A stretch of DNA of 64,000 nucleotides, taken from positions 198,261 to 262,260 of the forward strand of contig JANQDZ010000034.1 of the NCBI GenBank assembly GCA_028278645.1. Reading direction: 5' to 3'. The stretch is from Longimicrobiales bacterium (GTDB lineage Bacteria > Gemmatimonadota > Gemmatimonadetes > Longimicrobiales > Gaopeijiaceae). The stretch's first letter is position 1. Each line of letters begins with the position of its first letter. A model generated the notes under the pieces. It saw only the letters and a program-made list of their open reading frames with translations, did not search any database and was not told the origin of the DNA. The position numbers were made by a program, and so were the translations under genes. Positions 47,510 through 56,849 of the stretch are shown one piece after another.

Positions 47510-47686
47510 ATGCCGGAACTCTCTGAAGTACTCGACCACCTCATGGAGAATCAGATCCTACTCGTGATGGCGGCTTTCCTCCTGGCCTTCCTCGGGTACG
47601 CTTTGGTGAAACGCCTGCTGAAGCTGGCCCTTTTTGCAGCCGTCTTCATCGGCATCTACTTCGGCCTGGTCTACCTCCTTGCCTGA
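47510..47686 (+). CDS. Small membrane protein (58 aa), absent from the ORF track because it is shorter than 60 aa
   Basis: ATG preceded by GGGAGGAAAAGG. The sequence MPELSEVLDHLMENQILLVMAAFLLAFLGYALVKRLLKLALFAAVFIGIYFGLVYLLA has two hydrophobic helices. Confidence 0.45.
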   Translation: MPELSEVLDHLMENQILLVMAAFLLAFLGYALVKRLLKLALFAAVFIGIYFGLVYLLA

Positions 47687-47764
47687 CTCAGGACGGCCCT
47701 GACCATAGGGAACCGCCGTCCTCGCTCATGGGAGGGTCGTCTGGCCCCAACAAACCCCTCGGCA

Positions 47765-50440
47765 TCACCTGGTCGAGCCTGGAAGGGCTCGCACTCTGAA
47801 TTCCCTGGGTTCGGCTAAGCGCCTGCTTTCCCCGTTCACCCTGGCCTCCAGGGTGGCCGTGTAAACCCCCTCCTCCACCAGCGGGGCCTGCCTCCGCCCT
47901 CCTCGTTGTCCAGCTTCGGTTTCGGCGGTAGGCGGACGATTCCTCAGATCCCAGGTTACCCGATTCCACCCTGGCCGATTCGGCACCGAGACCTCGCCTA
48001 CCAGAGTCCCCGTCTCGTCCCTGACCGAGAGAGCCACCTGGACGTCGGTCCCCTCCAAAGCCTCCGATAGGGAGTAGGTTAGGACCGCACCGTAGGGGGG
48101 ATTCTCGGCAGTAAAATCCCCCGCTCCGGACCCTGCCGAGTAGTAGCGTATGGGGTTATAAACCCATGCATCCCTGACCGGGTTGAGGGTTGCCGGGGCA
48201 GAGGTGACCGGGTCGGCGAAGCGGAGCGGCGTATAGTCGTCCATCACATAGAAGCCCCGGCCGAAAGTCGCCAGGACCAGGTCTCCCATCCCTTCGTGGA
48301 TCTCCATGTCCCTCACCGGGATCGTGGGTAAGCCCGACCTGGAGCCAAGATCAATCCACCCTTGGCCGCCAGTCGCTGACGCCCAAAGCCCCAGCTCCGT
48401 TCCCAAGAAAAGTAGGTTCTCGTCTTCGGGATCCTCGACCAGATCCCAGGCCACGTTCCGGTAGGGAATGCCACCTGCGATGGACGTCCAGGTGGCCCCA
48501 CGATCGTCACTTCGCAACACGTAGGGTGTGAAGTCGCCACGCTTGTGGTTGTTGAAGAGCGCATAGATGCGGTCGGGATTGTGGCGGGAAGCCACCACGC
48601 AGGAGACGTAGATCAGTTCGGGGATCCCTGGGAAGCCGTCGATCTTTCTCCAGGTCGTACCGCCATCCTCGGTGATTTGGATGAGGCCGTCGTCGGTCCC
48701 CGCGATGAGGTAATCCGGATCGAAGGGAGATTCGCTGAAGGCCACGCCGATGCCGTAATCGTTGGTGAATACGTTCTTCCACACAGCGTTCTCTGGCCAT
48801 ACCCTCCCCATGACCTCCAGGGTGTCACGATCGATCTGACGACTCAGGTTCGGACTAATGAACTCCCAGTCGTCGCCTCGGTTGTCACTCCGGGCCAAAC
48901 GGCTACCGAGGGCATAGATCCTGTTTCGGTCGTACCGGCTGATGGTGAGGGGGATATCCCAATGCCAGAGGACCGTGTCGCCAGCCTCATCGGATTGTGG
49001 AGGGGCGATACTCGTGGACACCCCGGTCTTCATGTCCACCCGATTGATTCGGGCGCCCTGGGACATCCCGTAGACGATGGTATGATCCTCCGGATCGATC
49101 CGGGCCTGGAATCCATCCCCGCCCACGATGCCGACCCAATCGGCGTTTCTCACGCCCACCGAGTTCCGGGTACCGGACGGGCCGCCAGGCGTCCCGTTGT
49201 CCTGAGTGCCCCCGTACACCCAGTAGAACGGCTCACGGTGGTCGATCCCAACCCGGTAGAACTGGGTGATGGGGAGGTTTCCATGGTGGCGCCAGGTCTG
49301 CCCTCCATCCCAACTCTCGTAGAGGCCACCGTCATTCCCAATCATCATGTAGCCGGGGTCGTCCCGATCGAAGACGATCTCGTGGTGGTCCACATGTACG
49401 CCCCTGGCTTGAAGGCGCTCGAAGGTCGCCCCGTCATCCTCTGTGCAGTGGATGTTCACATCCACGGCACAGACACGGCCCGGACGGTGGGGATCCGCGA
49501 AAAGCTCCCCGTAGTACTGGGGGTCGACCACGATGTAGTCGCTCATCTTCGTCCAGGTCTGGCCGTAATCCTCGGACCGGAAAAAACCGCTTTCCTCGTC
49601 CTGGGCAGCCACCAATGCGTACACGACCCCGGGCTGAAAGGGTGAGACCTCGAGGGCGATTCGCCCCAGGTCCACCTGCGGGATCCCGGCCATGATCTCC
49701 GACCAGGTGGCTCCCGCGTTGGTGGACTTAAAGATCTTCCCGTCCGGGCCGCCGGCTACGAGTAGGCCCACGTGGCGCCGCCGTTGATAGGATGCGGCGT
49801 AGATTACGTCGGGATCGAAGGCGTCGAAGACGATGTCGGCGATCCCGGTGTCGTCCGACACATGCAGGATCCGCTCCCAGCTGTCGCCTCCGTCGGTGGT
49901 CTTAAAGAGCCCCCTGTCACCCCCCGACGCCCAGAGGGGTCCCTGAGAAGCTGCATAGACCACGTCAGGGTCACGGGGGTCCACGAGGATATCCCCGATA
50001 TGTTCGGACCGCTCCAGACCCATGTGTCGAAATGAGCCCCCCCCGTCGACGCTCTTGTAGATCCCGTCACCGAAACCCGCACTCCTCTGGGAGGCGTTTT
50101 CTCCCGTCCCTACCCAGACCACATCCGGATTCACCGGATCCAAGGTCACCGCACCGATAGAATACGACCCGTAGTCATCAAAAACAGGCTCCCAGGTGGT
50201 GCCCCGGTTCACTGTCTTCCAAACGTTCCCGGACGAAACCCCCACATACCAGATGCTGGGGTCCTGGGGGTCCACGGCGACATCGCTGATCCGCCCTGAA
50301 ACCAGGGCCGGCCCCAGACTCCTGAATTCCAGGGCATCCGGAAGACCTTCTGGAACCCCGGCGTCCTGGCCTGCCAGACCTGCCATGGGGGTCAGGGAGA
50401 GCAGAACGGCAAAACAGGAAAAGGGTTTCATCCGCTTCAT
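47765..50440 (-). CDS. Secreted BNR/Asp-box repeat protein (GH74/sortilin-VPS10-like two-propeller architecture)
   Basis: Signal peptide MKRMKPFSCFAVLLSLTPMAGLAG. More than eight S-x-D-x-G-x-T-W Asp-boxes (SVDGGGSF, TTDGGDSW, STNAGATW, SEDYGQTW, TEDDGATF, SWDGGQTW, TEDGGTTW, SDDRGATW). Confidence 0.7.
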   Translation of the reverse strand: MKRMKPFSCFAVLLSLTPMAGLAGQDAGVPEGLPDALEFRSLGPALVSGRISDVAVDPQDPSIWYVGVSSGNVWKTVNRGTTWEPVFDDYGSYSIGAVTLDPVNPDVVWVGTGENASQRSAGFGDGIYKSVDGGGSFRHMGLERSEHIGDILVDPRDPDVVYAASQGPLWASGGDRGLFKTTDGGDSWERILHVSDDTGIADIVFDAFDPDVIYAASYQRRRHVGLLVAGGPDGKIFKSTNAGATWSEIMAGIPQVDLGRIALEVSPFQPGVVYALVAAQDEESGFFRSEDYGQTWTKMSDYIVVDPQYYGELFADPHRPGRVCAVDVNIHCTEDDGATFERLQARGVHVDHHEIVFDRDDPGYMMIGNDGGLYESWDGGQTWRHHGNLPITQFYRVGIDHREPFYWVYGGTQDNGTPGGPSGTRNSVGVRNADWVGIVGGDGFQARIDPEDHTIVYGMSQGARINRVDMKTGVSTSIAPPQSDEAGDTVLWHWDIPLTISRYDRNRIYALGSRLARSDNRGDDWEFISPNLSRQIDRDTLEVMGRVWPENAVWKNVFTNDYGIGVAFSESPFDPDYLIAGTDDGLIQITEDGGTTWRKIDGFPGIPELIYVSCVVASRHNPDRIYALFNNHKRGDFTPYVLRSDDRGATWTSIAGGIPYRNVAWDLVEDPEDENLLFLGTELGLWASATGGQGWIDLGSRSGLPTIPVRDMEIHEGMGDLVLATFGRGFYVMDDYTPLRFADPVTSAPATLNPVRDAWVYNPIRYYSAGSGAGDFTAENPPYGAVLTYSLSEALEGTDVQVALSVRDETGTLVGEVSVPNRPGWNRVTWDLRNRPPTAETEAGQRGGRRQAPLVEEGVYTATLEARVNGESRRLAEPREFRVRALPGSTR

Positions 50441-50559
50441 GTTTCGTATCTCCTTGTCCTATCCCATACCCAAGAAATTCTGCGCGAGGACAGCAACGAT
50501 CACCCCGAACGTGACGAGGGCAAGGGCCAACGCGGCCCAGTCGGCTGTTGTCATCCTCC

Positions 50560-51714
50560 TCACCGGTCCCCCCCTTTCTTCCCTTTCACCCACCGCTTCG
50601 CGTCCAGTACCACCAACTCAATAGTCCGCATCGGGCAGAAGAAGTTGCACCACGGCGTTTGTATGAGGAGAGAGACAGTGAGGACTATGAAAAGCAGGAA
50701 CCACTGAACGGTGGATCCATGCAAGGCAAACAAGGCGGCAAACGGTTCGTAACTCGCCAGCGCTGGTTGCAAGGTCAGGAAAGCCAGGAAAAGGGCCACG
50801 AAGACTACCAGATTTCGAGTCCCCTCCATAAAACGCACTGCCCAAAGGGGGACTTTCAGCTTGAACCCACCGATGGCACCGATCAACCGCTGAGCGGCCC
50901 CGAAAGGGCACGCATAAAGGCAGTAGAGGTTCCGGCCGAAAAAGATCGATGTCAGCAGGAACCCTGCGATGAGGAGATAGATTGCCAACGCGGTCCTAGG
51001 ATCGGGGAGGAAGCCGGAGAGAATCCCTGCGAGCTTCGCCATGGTGATGGGGGAGTTTTCCCAAAAGCCCAACACCAGCAATCCGACGATCTGCCCTGCC
51101 CAGCGCAAACGCCTCCGGATGGGACCCCTGAGGCGATGGCCGATGATGCCGATGGAAAACAGGGCCAGGATCGAAAGCTCGAGAATGCCGAACTCGAGGG
51201 GGCGGGGGGGAAGGGGTAAGCGGACATCGAACGCCACACCGGCAACCTCGGCTACCGAGACCCTCAAGCTTTCGACGATGGCATCGGCCGAGAGAGTGGC
51301 GCCTGTGACAGCCACGACGCTCTCATAGTCGTAGTCGATAGCATTGTACTGGGCACCGGTGATCTCCCGAATGTAATCCGGAGAGCGGACCATCCTCCAG
51401 AAAACCGGAGTCTCCCTCTGTTCCACCACCTGGACCCCGGCCACCAAGCCCAAGGTGTCGATCCCCACCACCAGGAGCATCGGCCCACCGTACCCATCGG
51501 CAGTTCCCACACCCGCCCAACCGATCAGAGTCCCGCCGGACCCCCATACGTGGTGCACACCCTGTCGGACCTCAATGCGCTGGGACTCCGGGAAAATGGT
51601 GCGGATGGGTGTAACGAAGTCCGGGGCGTTGTGGGTCCACCCGTACGCCAGAGCTCCGGCCAGAATCACCGAGGCCACGAAGAACCGGAGGAACCGGCCG
51701 CTAGGTCTGTTCAA
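50560..51714 (-). CDS. RdhC/NosR/NapH-like membrane protein (FMN-bind domain plus ferredoxin-type Cys motifs)
   Basis: The FMN-bind hallmark is VVAVTGATLSADAI. TM segments follow, then CLYACPFGAAQ and CNFFCPMR motifs. Confidence 0.65.
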   Translation of the reverse strand: MNRPSGRFLRFFVASVILAGALAYGWTHNAPDFVTPIRTIFPESQRIEVRQGVHHVWGSGGTLIGWAGVGTADGYGGPMLLVVGIDTLGLVAGVQVVEQRETPVFWRMVRSPDYIREITGAQYNAIDYDYESVVAVTGATLSADAIVESLRVSVAEVAGVAFDVRLPLPPRPLEFGILELSILALFSIGIIGHRLRGPIRRRLRWAGQIVGLLVLGFWENSPITMAKLAGILSGFLPDPRTALAIYLLIAGFLLTSIFFGRNLYCLYACPFGAAQRLIGAIGGFKLKVPLWAVRFMEGTRNLVVFVALFLAFLTLQPALASYEPFAALFALHGSTVQWFLLFIVLTVSLLIQTPWCNFFCPMRTIELVVLDAKRWVKGKKGGDR

Positions 51715-51738
51715 GGCACGAGTCCCGCGGTCGGACGG

Positions 51739-52059
51739 CTAGGCCTCCGAAACAACATCCCCACCGCCAGGCTCTGCACCGGCGAGGAGCACCCTCCAAA
51801 GGCCCACGCCTGCGATGATCGTAATCGCCCCGAAGAGGAGTCCGCCACGAGTGCCAGCCACGGACTCCCCCTCCCCGAACGACGTCCCTACAAAGGCGAT
51901 GGTGAAGCCGGCCAGGAGCAGCCAGATCATGAAGAGTCCCCACTTCCATACCGGCACCCGGAGCCCTCGGTCACGTGCCCAGGCTCCCATGCCCAAAACG
52001 ACAAATACGAAGAGTATTCCCTCGATGAACCAGAACAACCCTGAGTTGAAGATCTGCAT
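51739..52059 (-). CDS. RdhB-like small membrane anchor (three TM segments)
   Basis: 106 aa starting 3 nt after the rdhA1 stop. It shares a W.W.L...F...EG...G.L.G pattern with the second RdhB-like ORF. Confidence 0.5.
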   Translation of the reverse strand: MQIFNSGLFWFIEGILFVFVVLGMGAWARDRGLRVPVWKWGLFMIWLLLAGFTIAFVGTSFGEGESVAGTRGGLLFGAITIIAGVGLWRVLLAGAEPGGGDVVSEA

Positions 52060-52062
52060 TTT

Positions 52063-53568
52063 CTAGCCTAGATCGATGAAATCTTCGGTCTTGAGCCACC
52101 AGGGTGGCTCGCGATAGGAGGCGTTCGCTCCGCCCAGGGAAGGCATGTAATAGTCCTGAGGGTCCGGCCCGGGATAAAAGCTCTTTTGCATGGACGTGAG
52201 GAGCTTCTCCGACAAACCGGTGGGATCGTTCGCCGAGACCTTCATGGCCGTTTTATGAAGCCAGTTGGCCTTCCTGGTATAAGGGCAAACACTCACACAG
52301 AGTCGGCAGCCCATATTCCCCAAGGTGGAGGTCCAGAAGTTCTGGCACTTGGCAGTGTCGATGGCCCATCGCCGGTACCCGCGGACTTCTACCTTGTCAC
52401 CCATGGGGATCGCGCCGCTGGGACATTCCTCGGCGCAGACCTTACAGTGGAGACAGAAGTCGTCCACCCCGATATCGATGGGCTTGTCGCTGGCCATGGG
52501 AAGATTCGTCGTGATCACCGCCGGTCTGAAGTTGCAGCCTACCTCGGGGGTGATCATGATGCCGTTTCTCCCCTGTTCCCCCAGACCCGCATCAATGGAG
52601 ATGGGGGGGACGATCAAGTCATAGCTGGTCCCGGGGGTATGGGTCCTCGCAGGGTAGCCCAACGCCTTGACAAAGGCAGCCACCCTGGCTGCGATGATTC
52701 TGGATCGGGAATAGGCGTCGTTGGACGTCCCGTAGTTGGGGTTGGCGTACATGGGGTCCCACGACATGGGCGTCCCGACCACGATGGCGTAGGTCCACCA
52801 ATCCGGGATCTCCAAAGGCTGTTCCAGATCTTCGAATCCCCTGCCCCGAATCGGGTACCCATAAACCCAGTCGGGATTGAGCTCGGTGATCCCAGTCAAG
52901 GTTGACCCGAGCTGCATGGATATCACCTTGATGAGCTCAGCGGTTTTAGCCGGGTCCTTCATCTTCATGGGTTCGGGCCGGGTCCCGCCCCTGCCTCTTG
53001 GGAAGTCGTTGACTTCAGGAGGACCGTTGATGGGCCCCGGGCCCACGGCACCCATGGCTGCGGACCACGCCTGTGAGAGGATGAGCGGGTCACTATACTC
53101 CATGGCGTCGGCCCGGTTGAGGGGCTGGAGCTCTTCCGTGTTCAGGATATCCAGATCGAGATCCTGAGGTTTGGCCAGATAGTAACTCCGAAGGGGTTCG
53201 GGAAAAGACTCGGCGGTAATAGGGCCCGGACCACCCCTGAGCCGCATGTACTCCCGCATGAACCGACCCCGACGCTCGAAGATCTGCTCCACTCTAGCGT
53301 CAGGCCGACTGGTGGGCCCGACTTCCTGGTAGGTCGGCTCGTCGACTTCGTACCGCTTCCGGTTGAAGACGAGGCTCGCCCCCTCCTGGTTTTGCCACCC
53401 CAGGTACGTATTGGGGTCCTTCCCCGCGGCGTAGCCGAATGCGCCCAACCCGGCTCCCCCGGCAGCGGCGCTGGCGAGGCCAGCCAGCTTCAGGAAATCC
53501 CGGCGATTCACATCGCTTCCCCCGCCGGGGCCACCGGATCCATCATTCTTCGATTCATTGTCACTCAT
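52063..53568 (-). CDS. Reductive dehalogenase homologue RdhA (TAT signal, two [4Fe-4S] motifs)
   Basis: Twin-arginine motif NRRDFLKLAGLASAAAGGA. C-terminal CLHCKVCAEECP plus C...CRLCVSVCP. ATG at 53568 is preceded by GGAGA. An alternative ATG lies at 53580. Confidence 0.8.
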   Translation of the reverse strand: MSDNESKNDGSGGPGGGSDVNRRDFLKLAGLASAAAGGAGLGAFGYAAGKDPNTYLGWQNQEGASLVFNRKRYEVDEPTYQEVGPTSRPDARVEQIFERRGRFMREYMRLRGGPGPITAESFPEPLRSYYLAKPQDLDLDILNTEELQPLNRADAMEYSDPLILSQAWSAAMGAVGPGPINGPPEVNDFPRGRGGTRPEPMKMKDPAKTAELIKVISMQLGSTLTGITELNPDWVYGYPIRGRGFEDLEQPLEIPDWWTYAIVVGTPMSWDPMYANPNYGTSNDAYSRSRIIAARVAAFVKALGYPARTHTPGTSYDLIVPPISIDAGLGEQGRNGIMITPEVGCNFRPAVITTNLPMASDKPIDIGVDDFCLHCKVCAEECPSGAIPMGDKVEVRGYRRWAIDTAKCQNFWTSTLGNMGCRLCVSVCPYTRKANWLHKTAMKVSANDPTGLSEKLLTSMQKSFYPGPDPQDYYMPSLGGANASYREPPWWLKTEDFIDLG

Positions 53569-53592
53569 GCCGGTCTCCAAGTAGCTCCTCGG

Positions 53593-55029
53593 CTACATCT
53601 TCTCTCGAGCCGTGATGCTCTGGGATCCATCCAGACTCCAGAACTCGGTGTCATCCGTCTGTTTTCCGTATCCGCTGGCCTGATCCAGCTTCACCATAGC
53701 TTTGTCCGCCGTGACCAGGCGCCCCTCAATCATCCCACGGATCATTCGGTGTAACCAGGAGTTGTTCGGCTTGTTGAACGGGCAAACCCTTTTGCAGTTG
53801 GAGCAGCTGAACCCGTTGAAGTCATAACAACCCTCGGGCTCGGTATACCATTTCAGGGTCCCGGGATTGTTGGACACCGAGTTCCCTTCCCAGGTCTGAG
53901 GCCCCTTGGTGACAGACTCGCTGGGGCAATCGTCCGCGCAGAGCATACAGGCTTCGCAGAACTCGGTGACCCCGAAGTCGATGGGAGAGTCAGGTACCAA
54001 AGGCATATCTGTAATGACTTTGGCCAACCTTACCCTCGGGCCGTACTTCGGAGTCACCAGAAGGCCCATCCGACCCAATTGTCCCAGGCCGGCATCGATG
54101 GCGATTGGGATTGACAGGCCGACGCCGTTCCCGGCGGGGAGGGCCCGGTACCCGAGACCCCGGATGAAGTCCGCTACCTGGCTCGATGTAACGGCCATGC
54201 GGGAATACCCATTGCCCGTCGCTGCCGAAGCCAACCGCCCCGGGGAGTTGGAAATCCCGTAAAAGTCCTCTTCGAAAGCGAGGGCAACGACCCGGTTCAT
54301 GGATTCGGGGATGTACCAGGCGTCGTCGGTCCGTTCGAATCGGTCTTCGGTTCGGTGAACGGTGATGGTCCGCTCCCGGTTCTCGCTGGTCGGACTGTAG
54401 ATGTCTCGATAGAGCCAGAGGGGGTTCATCTCCGCCACGCCGGCCAAGGAGGCTCCGAGGAATAAAGCGGCATGGCGTGTGGCGAGAGTGGCTTCTTCCC
54501 AGCTCATCCCCAACTCCGACGGATTCCAGGGACCCATCCGGTCCAATCCAGCTCCTCGAACCTGACCCCCAATCCCGTCCCATTCGTAGTCCCGGCTCCC
54601 CCCCATGCTGGCGTGCCTCCACGCGGCGGCGTAGAGGGCGTAGTCCAGACGGGTTTGGTTCGGGAGCCTTCCCTCGCCTTCTACCAGATTCCGGGCAGTT
54701 ACGTTCTCGGCACTTGCCAGTTCGGCCAGCCGGGCGGGATCCCACCCGTTCCTACTGAAGACGTTATCGACCTCCCGCATGGGGGCTAACACGCCGGGAT
54801 CGACCTCGTAGGGGAAGCGGCCGCTCGTTAGCTTCTCGACCACGAAGCCGCCGTACTCCGCCTTCGACTCGACCAGGACGCCCCGGTCAGTGGCTCCCAG
54901 GACCCTCGGCGTGGCGAAGAGTCCCCCAAGCGCCATGGCAGTTCCTCCGAGGCCACCTGCCCCAGCCACCGCTGACCCGGACCCCAGAACGGTGAGAAAC
55001 CTTCGCCGATCCATACCGATCTCAGACAT
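53593..55029 (-). CDS. Reductive dehalogenase homologue RdhA, second paralog (TAT signal, two [4Fe-4S] motifs)
   Basis: Twin-arginine motif DRRRFLTVLGSGSAVAGA. CEACMLCADDCP plus C...CSNCKRVCP. AGAGGTGG precedes the ATG at 55029. Confidence 0.8.
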   Translation of the reverse strand: MSEIGMDRRRFLTVLGSGSAVAGAGGLGGTAMALGGLFATPRVLGATDRGVLVESKAEYGGFVVEKLTSGRFPYEVDPGVLAPMREVDNVFSRNGWDPARLAELASAENVTARNLVEGEGRLPNQTRLDYALYAAAWRHASMGGSRDYEWDGIGGQVRGAGLDRMGPWNPSELGMSWEEATLATRHAALFLGASLAGVAEMNPLWLYRDIYSPTSENRERTITVHRTEDRFERTDDAWYIPESMNRVVALAFEEDFYGISNSPGRLASAATGNGYSRMAVTSSQVADFIRGLGYRALPAGNGVGLSIPIAIDAGLGQLGRMGLLVTPKYGPRVRLAKVITDMPLVPDSPIDFGVTEFCEACMLCADDCPSESVTKGPQTWEGNSVSNNPGTLKWYTEPEGCYDFNGFSCSNCKRVCPFNKPNNSWLHRMIRGMIEGRLVTADKAMVKLDQASGYGKQTDDTEFWSLDGSQSITAREKM

Positions 55030-55393
55030 GACCACCTCTTTGGTCCGGCTGGACCGTCCCCCCTTCCGGACTGCCTTTCGTAGAGAAGGCCGTCCGCCCA
55101 AGGAGCACGGCCCATACGACGGTAAAGAAGCCCAACAGCGTGCCCATCACCGCAGCCCCTTTGGGTGTCCCTTCCTTCATGAAAGCCACCACAACCTCCA
55201 GGACAAACACGGCATACAAGAACCCTAGAAACGTCAGGAGCCACTGCCACCACTGGACCGTCAGCCCACGAAGCCGGGCAAACCGGATGAGCAGGGCAAA
55301 TCCGGTGGCGGCACAGGCACCGATCAACAACTCGGCCATGGATTCCCTCCCGAAGGACTCGGCGAACTCCAGGGAAGGTCCATCCTGGGCCAT
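55022..55393 (-). CDS. RdhB-like small membrane anchor, second copy
   Basis: Three TM segments. Its stop overlaps the rdhA2 start (ATGTCTGA). GGGAGA precedes the ATG at 55393. Confidence 0.5.
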   Translation of the reverse strand: MAQDGPSLEFAESFGRESMAELLIGACAATGFALLIRFARLRGLTVQWWQWLLTFLGFLYAVFVLEVVVAFMKEGTPKGAAVMGTLLGFFTVVWAVLLGRTAFSTKGSPEGGTVQPDQRGGHV

Positions 55394-55566
55394 TTTCTCC
55401 CGTTAAGCAACTCGGATCGGACCCCTTCAGACCCGGCTACGGCCCCGACCGGGTAAAGACCGAACTTCGACGCTGGAGACCGTCCGGGAGCTCAGCGCGC
55501 ACGTAGGCGCCCCGGGGAGATCCGATTCAGGTGTGATTCAGGTTTTTGGGCAGGTGGAAAAGTCCG

Positions 55567-55671
55567 TCAGATTCCCCAATCCTCGTCATCGAGAATCGGG
55601 TATCTCTTCTTGCCGTGGACTGGACAGGAGGGATCGGGAACCAGTTCGCACTCGGCCGTGTGCCGGTCCAT
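55567..55671 (-). CDS. Possible 34-aa Cys-containing micro-protein upstream of the rdh genes
   Basis: MDRHTAECELVPDPSCPVHGKKRYPILDDEDWGI. GGGAGAGGG sits 8 nt upstream of the ATG. This call is speculative. Confidence 0.25.
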   Translation of the reverse strand: MDRHTAECELVPDPSCPVHGKKRYPILDDEDWGI

Positions 55672-55969
55672 TGTCTGATTTCCCTCTCCCCGCATGATGA
55701 CCCAACAGGTGCACCTCTCCCCCGTGTCGCCGGGCCGCTCCCGCGACGCGCTTCCCCTCACATACATCCCGGAAGGCCCCCGTTTTCCGTCCACAGGGGG
55801 CCTGGTCCGGGTATACCGGTGCTTCAGGCTCATGTCTAAATCTGCAACCCCTTTTCGGCGAAGGGAATGGTCCCGTCAGGGGACACCCAAGCGGGGTGGT
55901 TCTGAAGTCGCGGTGGAGATGACGTAGTGGAGGAACCGGAGCGGAGCGGAGGGATGAGGAAAAGGCTGG

Positions 55970-56617
55970 TCAGGCCAGAGACCCCTTGGTCTTCATCTTC
56001 TTGTTGGAGCCGATGGCGGCTTTCAGGCAGAGGACATAGAGCTGTTTTGGGTCTCTGGGTGCGGAAGGAGACCCGCCGGAGGTAGCCCACTCGGCGGCTT
56101 GAGCAGAGTCCTCTAAACAGCCCAACGTCTCGAGGGCATCTGCCGCCGCCTTGAGGAATGTGGCATCGGAAACGAGGCGGGCCATCTCGAGGATCTGACC
56201 ACAGGCGAGACGCTCTCGTTGTCCCTCCTTGGCCACGGCCACGTACTCCTGGAGGCTGGCAACCGCGGCCCCGGCCTTCATGGAGGCCAGGTCCAACCAG
56301 GTCAGAGTGCAAAGCGTGCGGATGGCTTCCGGATGCAGTCGGATGACTTTTTTCGCAACAGCCCTGGCAGGCTCTGGTTGGTCGTCTTCCAAGAGGGCGT
56401 CGATGGCCTTACCGAAGTACCGAAGAGCCCGGAGCCGATCATCGGCTTTCAGGTAAGCATCTCCCAAACGGTTGAACACCGCCCAGCGAGCACCGGGCGA
56501 AGCTTTTTCGGCCTCCGCCGCCAGTTCCTTGAGGTGCCGATCAGAGGTCCCGGTACTTTCTGTCCCAAAAAGCCCGTTGAGCGACTCACGCCATTTGCGG
56601 AATAGACTCATCGCCAT
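55970..56617 (-). CDS. Hypothetical helical (TPR-like?) protein
   Basis: 215-aa ORF with Ala/Leu-rich helical repeats (LGDAYLKADDRLRALRYFGKAIDAL). Lies next to the rdh cluster. Function unknown. Confidence 0.4.
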   Translation of the reverse strand: MAMSLFRKWRESLNGLFGTESTGTSDRHLKELAAEAEKASPGARWAVFNRLGDAYLKADDRLRALRYFGKAIDALLEDDQPEPARAVAKKVIRLHPEAIRTLCTLTWLDLASMKAGAAVASLQEYVAVAKEGQRERLACGQILEMARLVSDATFLKAAADALETLGCLEDSAQAAEWATSGGSPSAPRDPKQLYVLCLKAAIGSNKKMKTKGSLA

Positions 56618-56849
56618 CCAGATAGAGCTTCGTTTTCACTCCACCAACGCATACCCGGGAACGCACCGCACGGTTTCCGACGGCGAGGACCGGAAAATGT
56701 CGTGGGGGATATCTCCGATACTCATAATATGGATTAAAAATCTGCCGGGAAAGGCACCTTATTCGGCTCCACTTACCAGTCGGCCGCCTGGCAGATCATG
56801 TAGGTGGGAGCCTAGATTTGTGGCCATCACCTGAACCAGGAGTGGGATT

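Noticed and set aside
47700-47735. Nested inverted repeat (aggacggc...gccgtcct) between the convergent small membrane gene and the BNR gene, considered as a terminator
   Set aside because: The loop is 17 nt and there is no adjacent U-tract on either strand, so it is too weak to call.
48545-49645. 366-aa plus-strand ORF
   Set aside because: It is antisense to the BNR-repeat gene.
53990-54745. 251-aa minus-strand ORF, and the 52186..52905 plus-strand ORF
   Set aside because: Both are alternative or antisense frames within the two rdhA genes. Their translations are Arg/Gly/Pro-rich.
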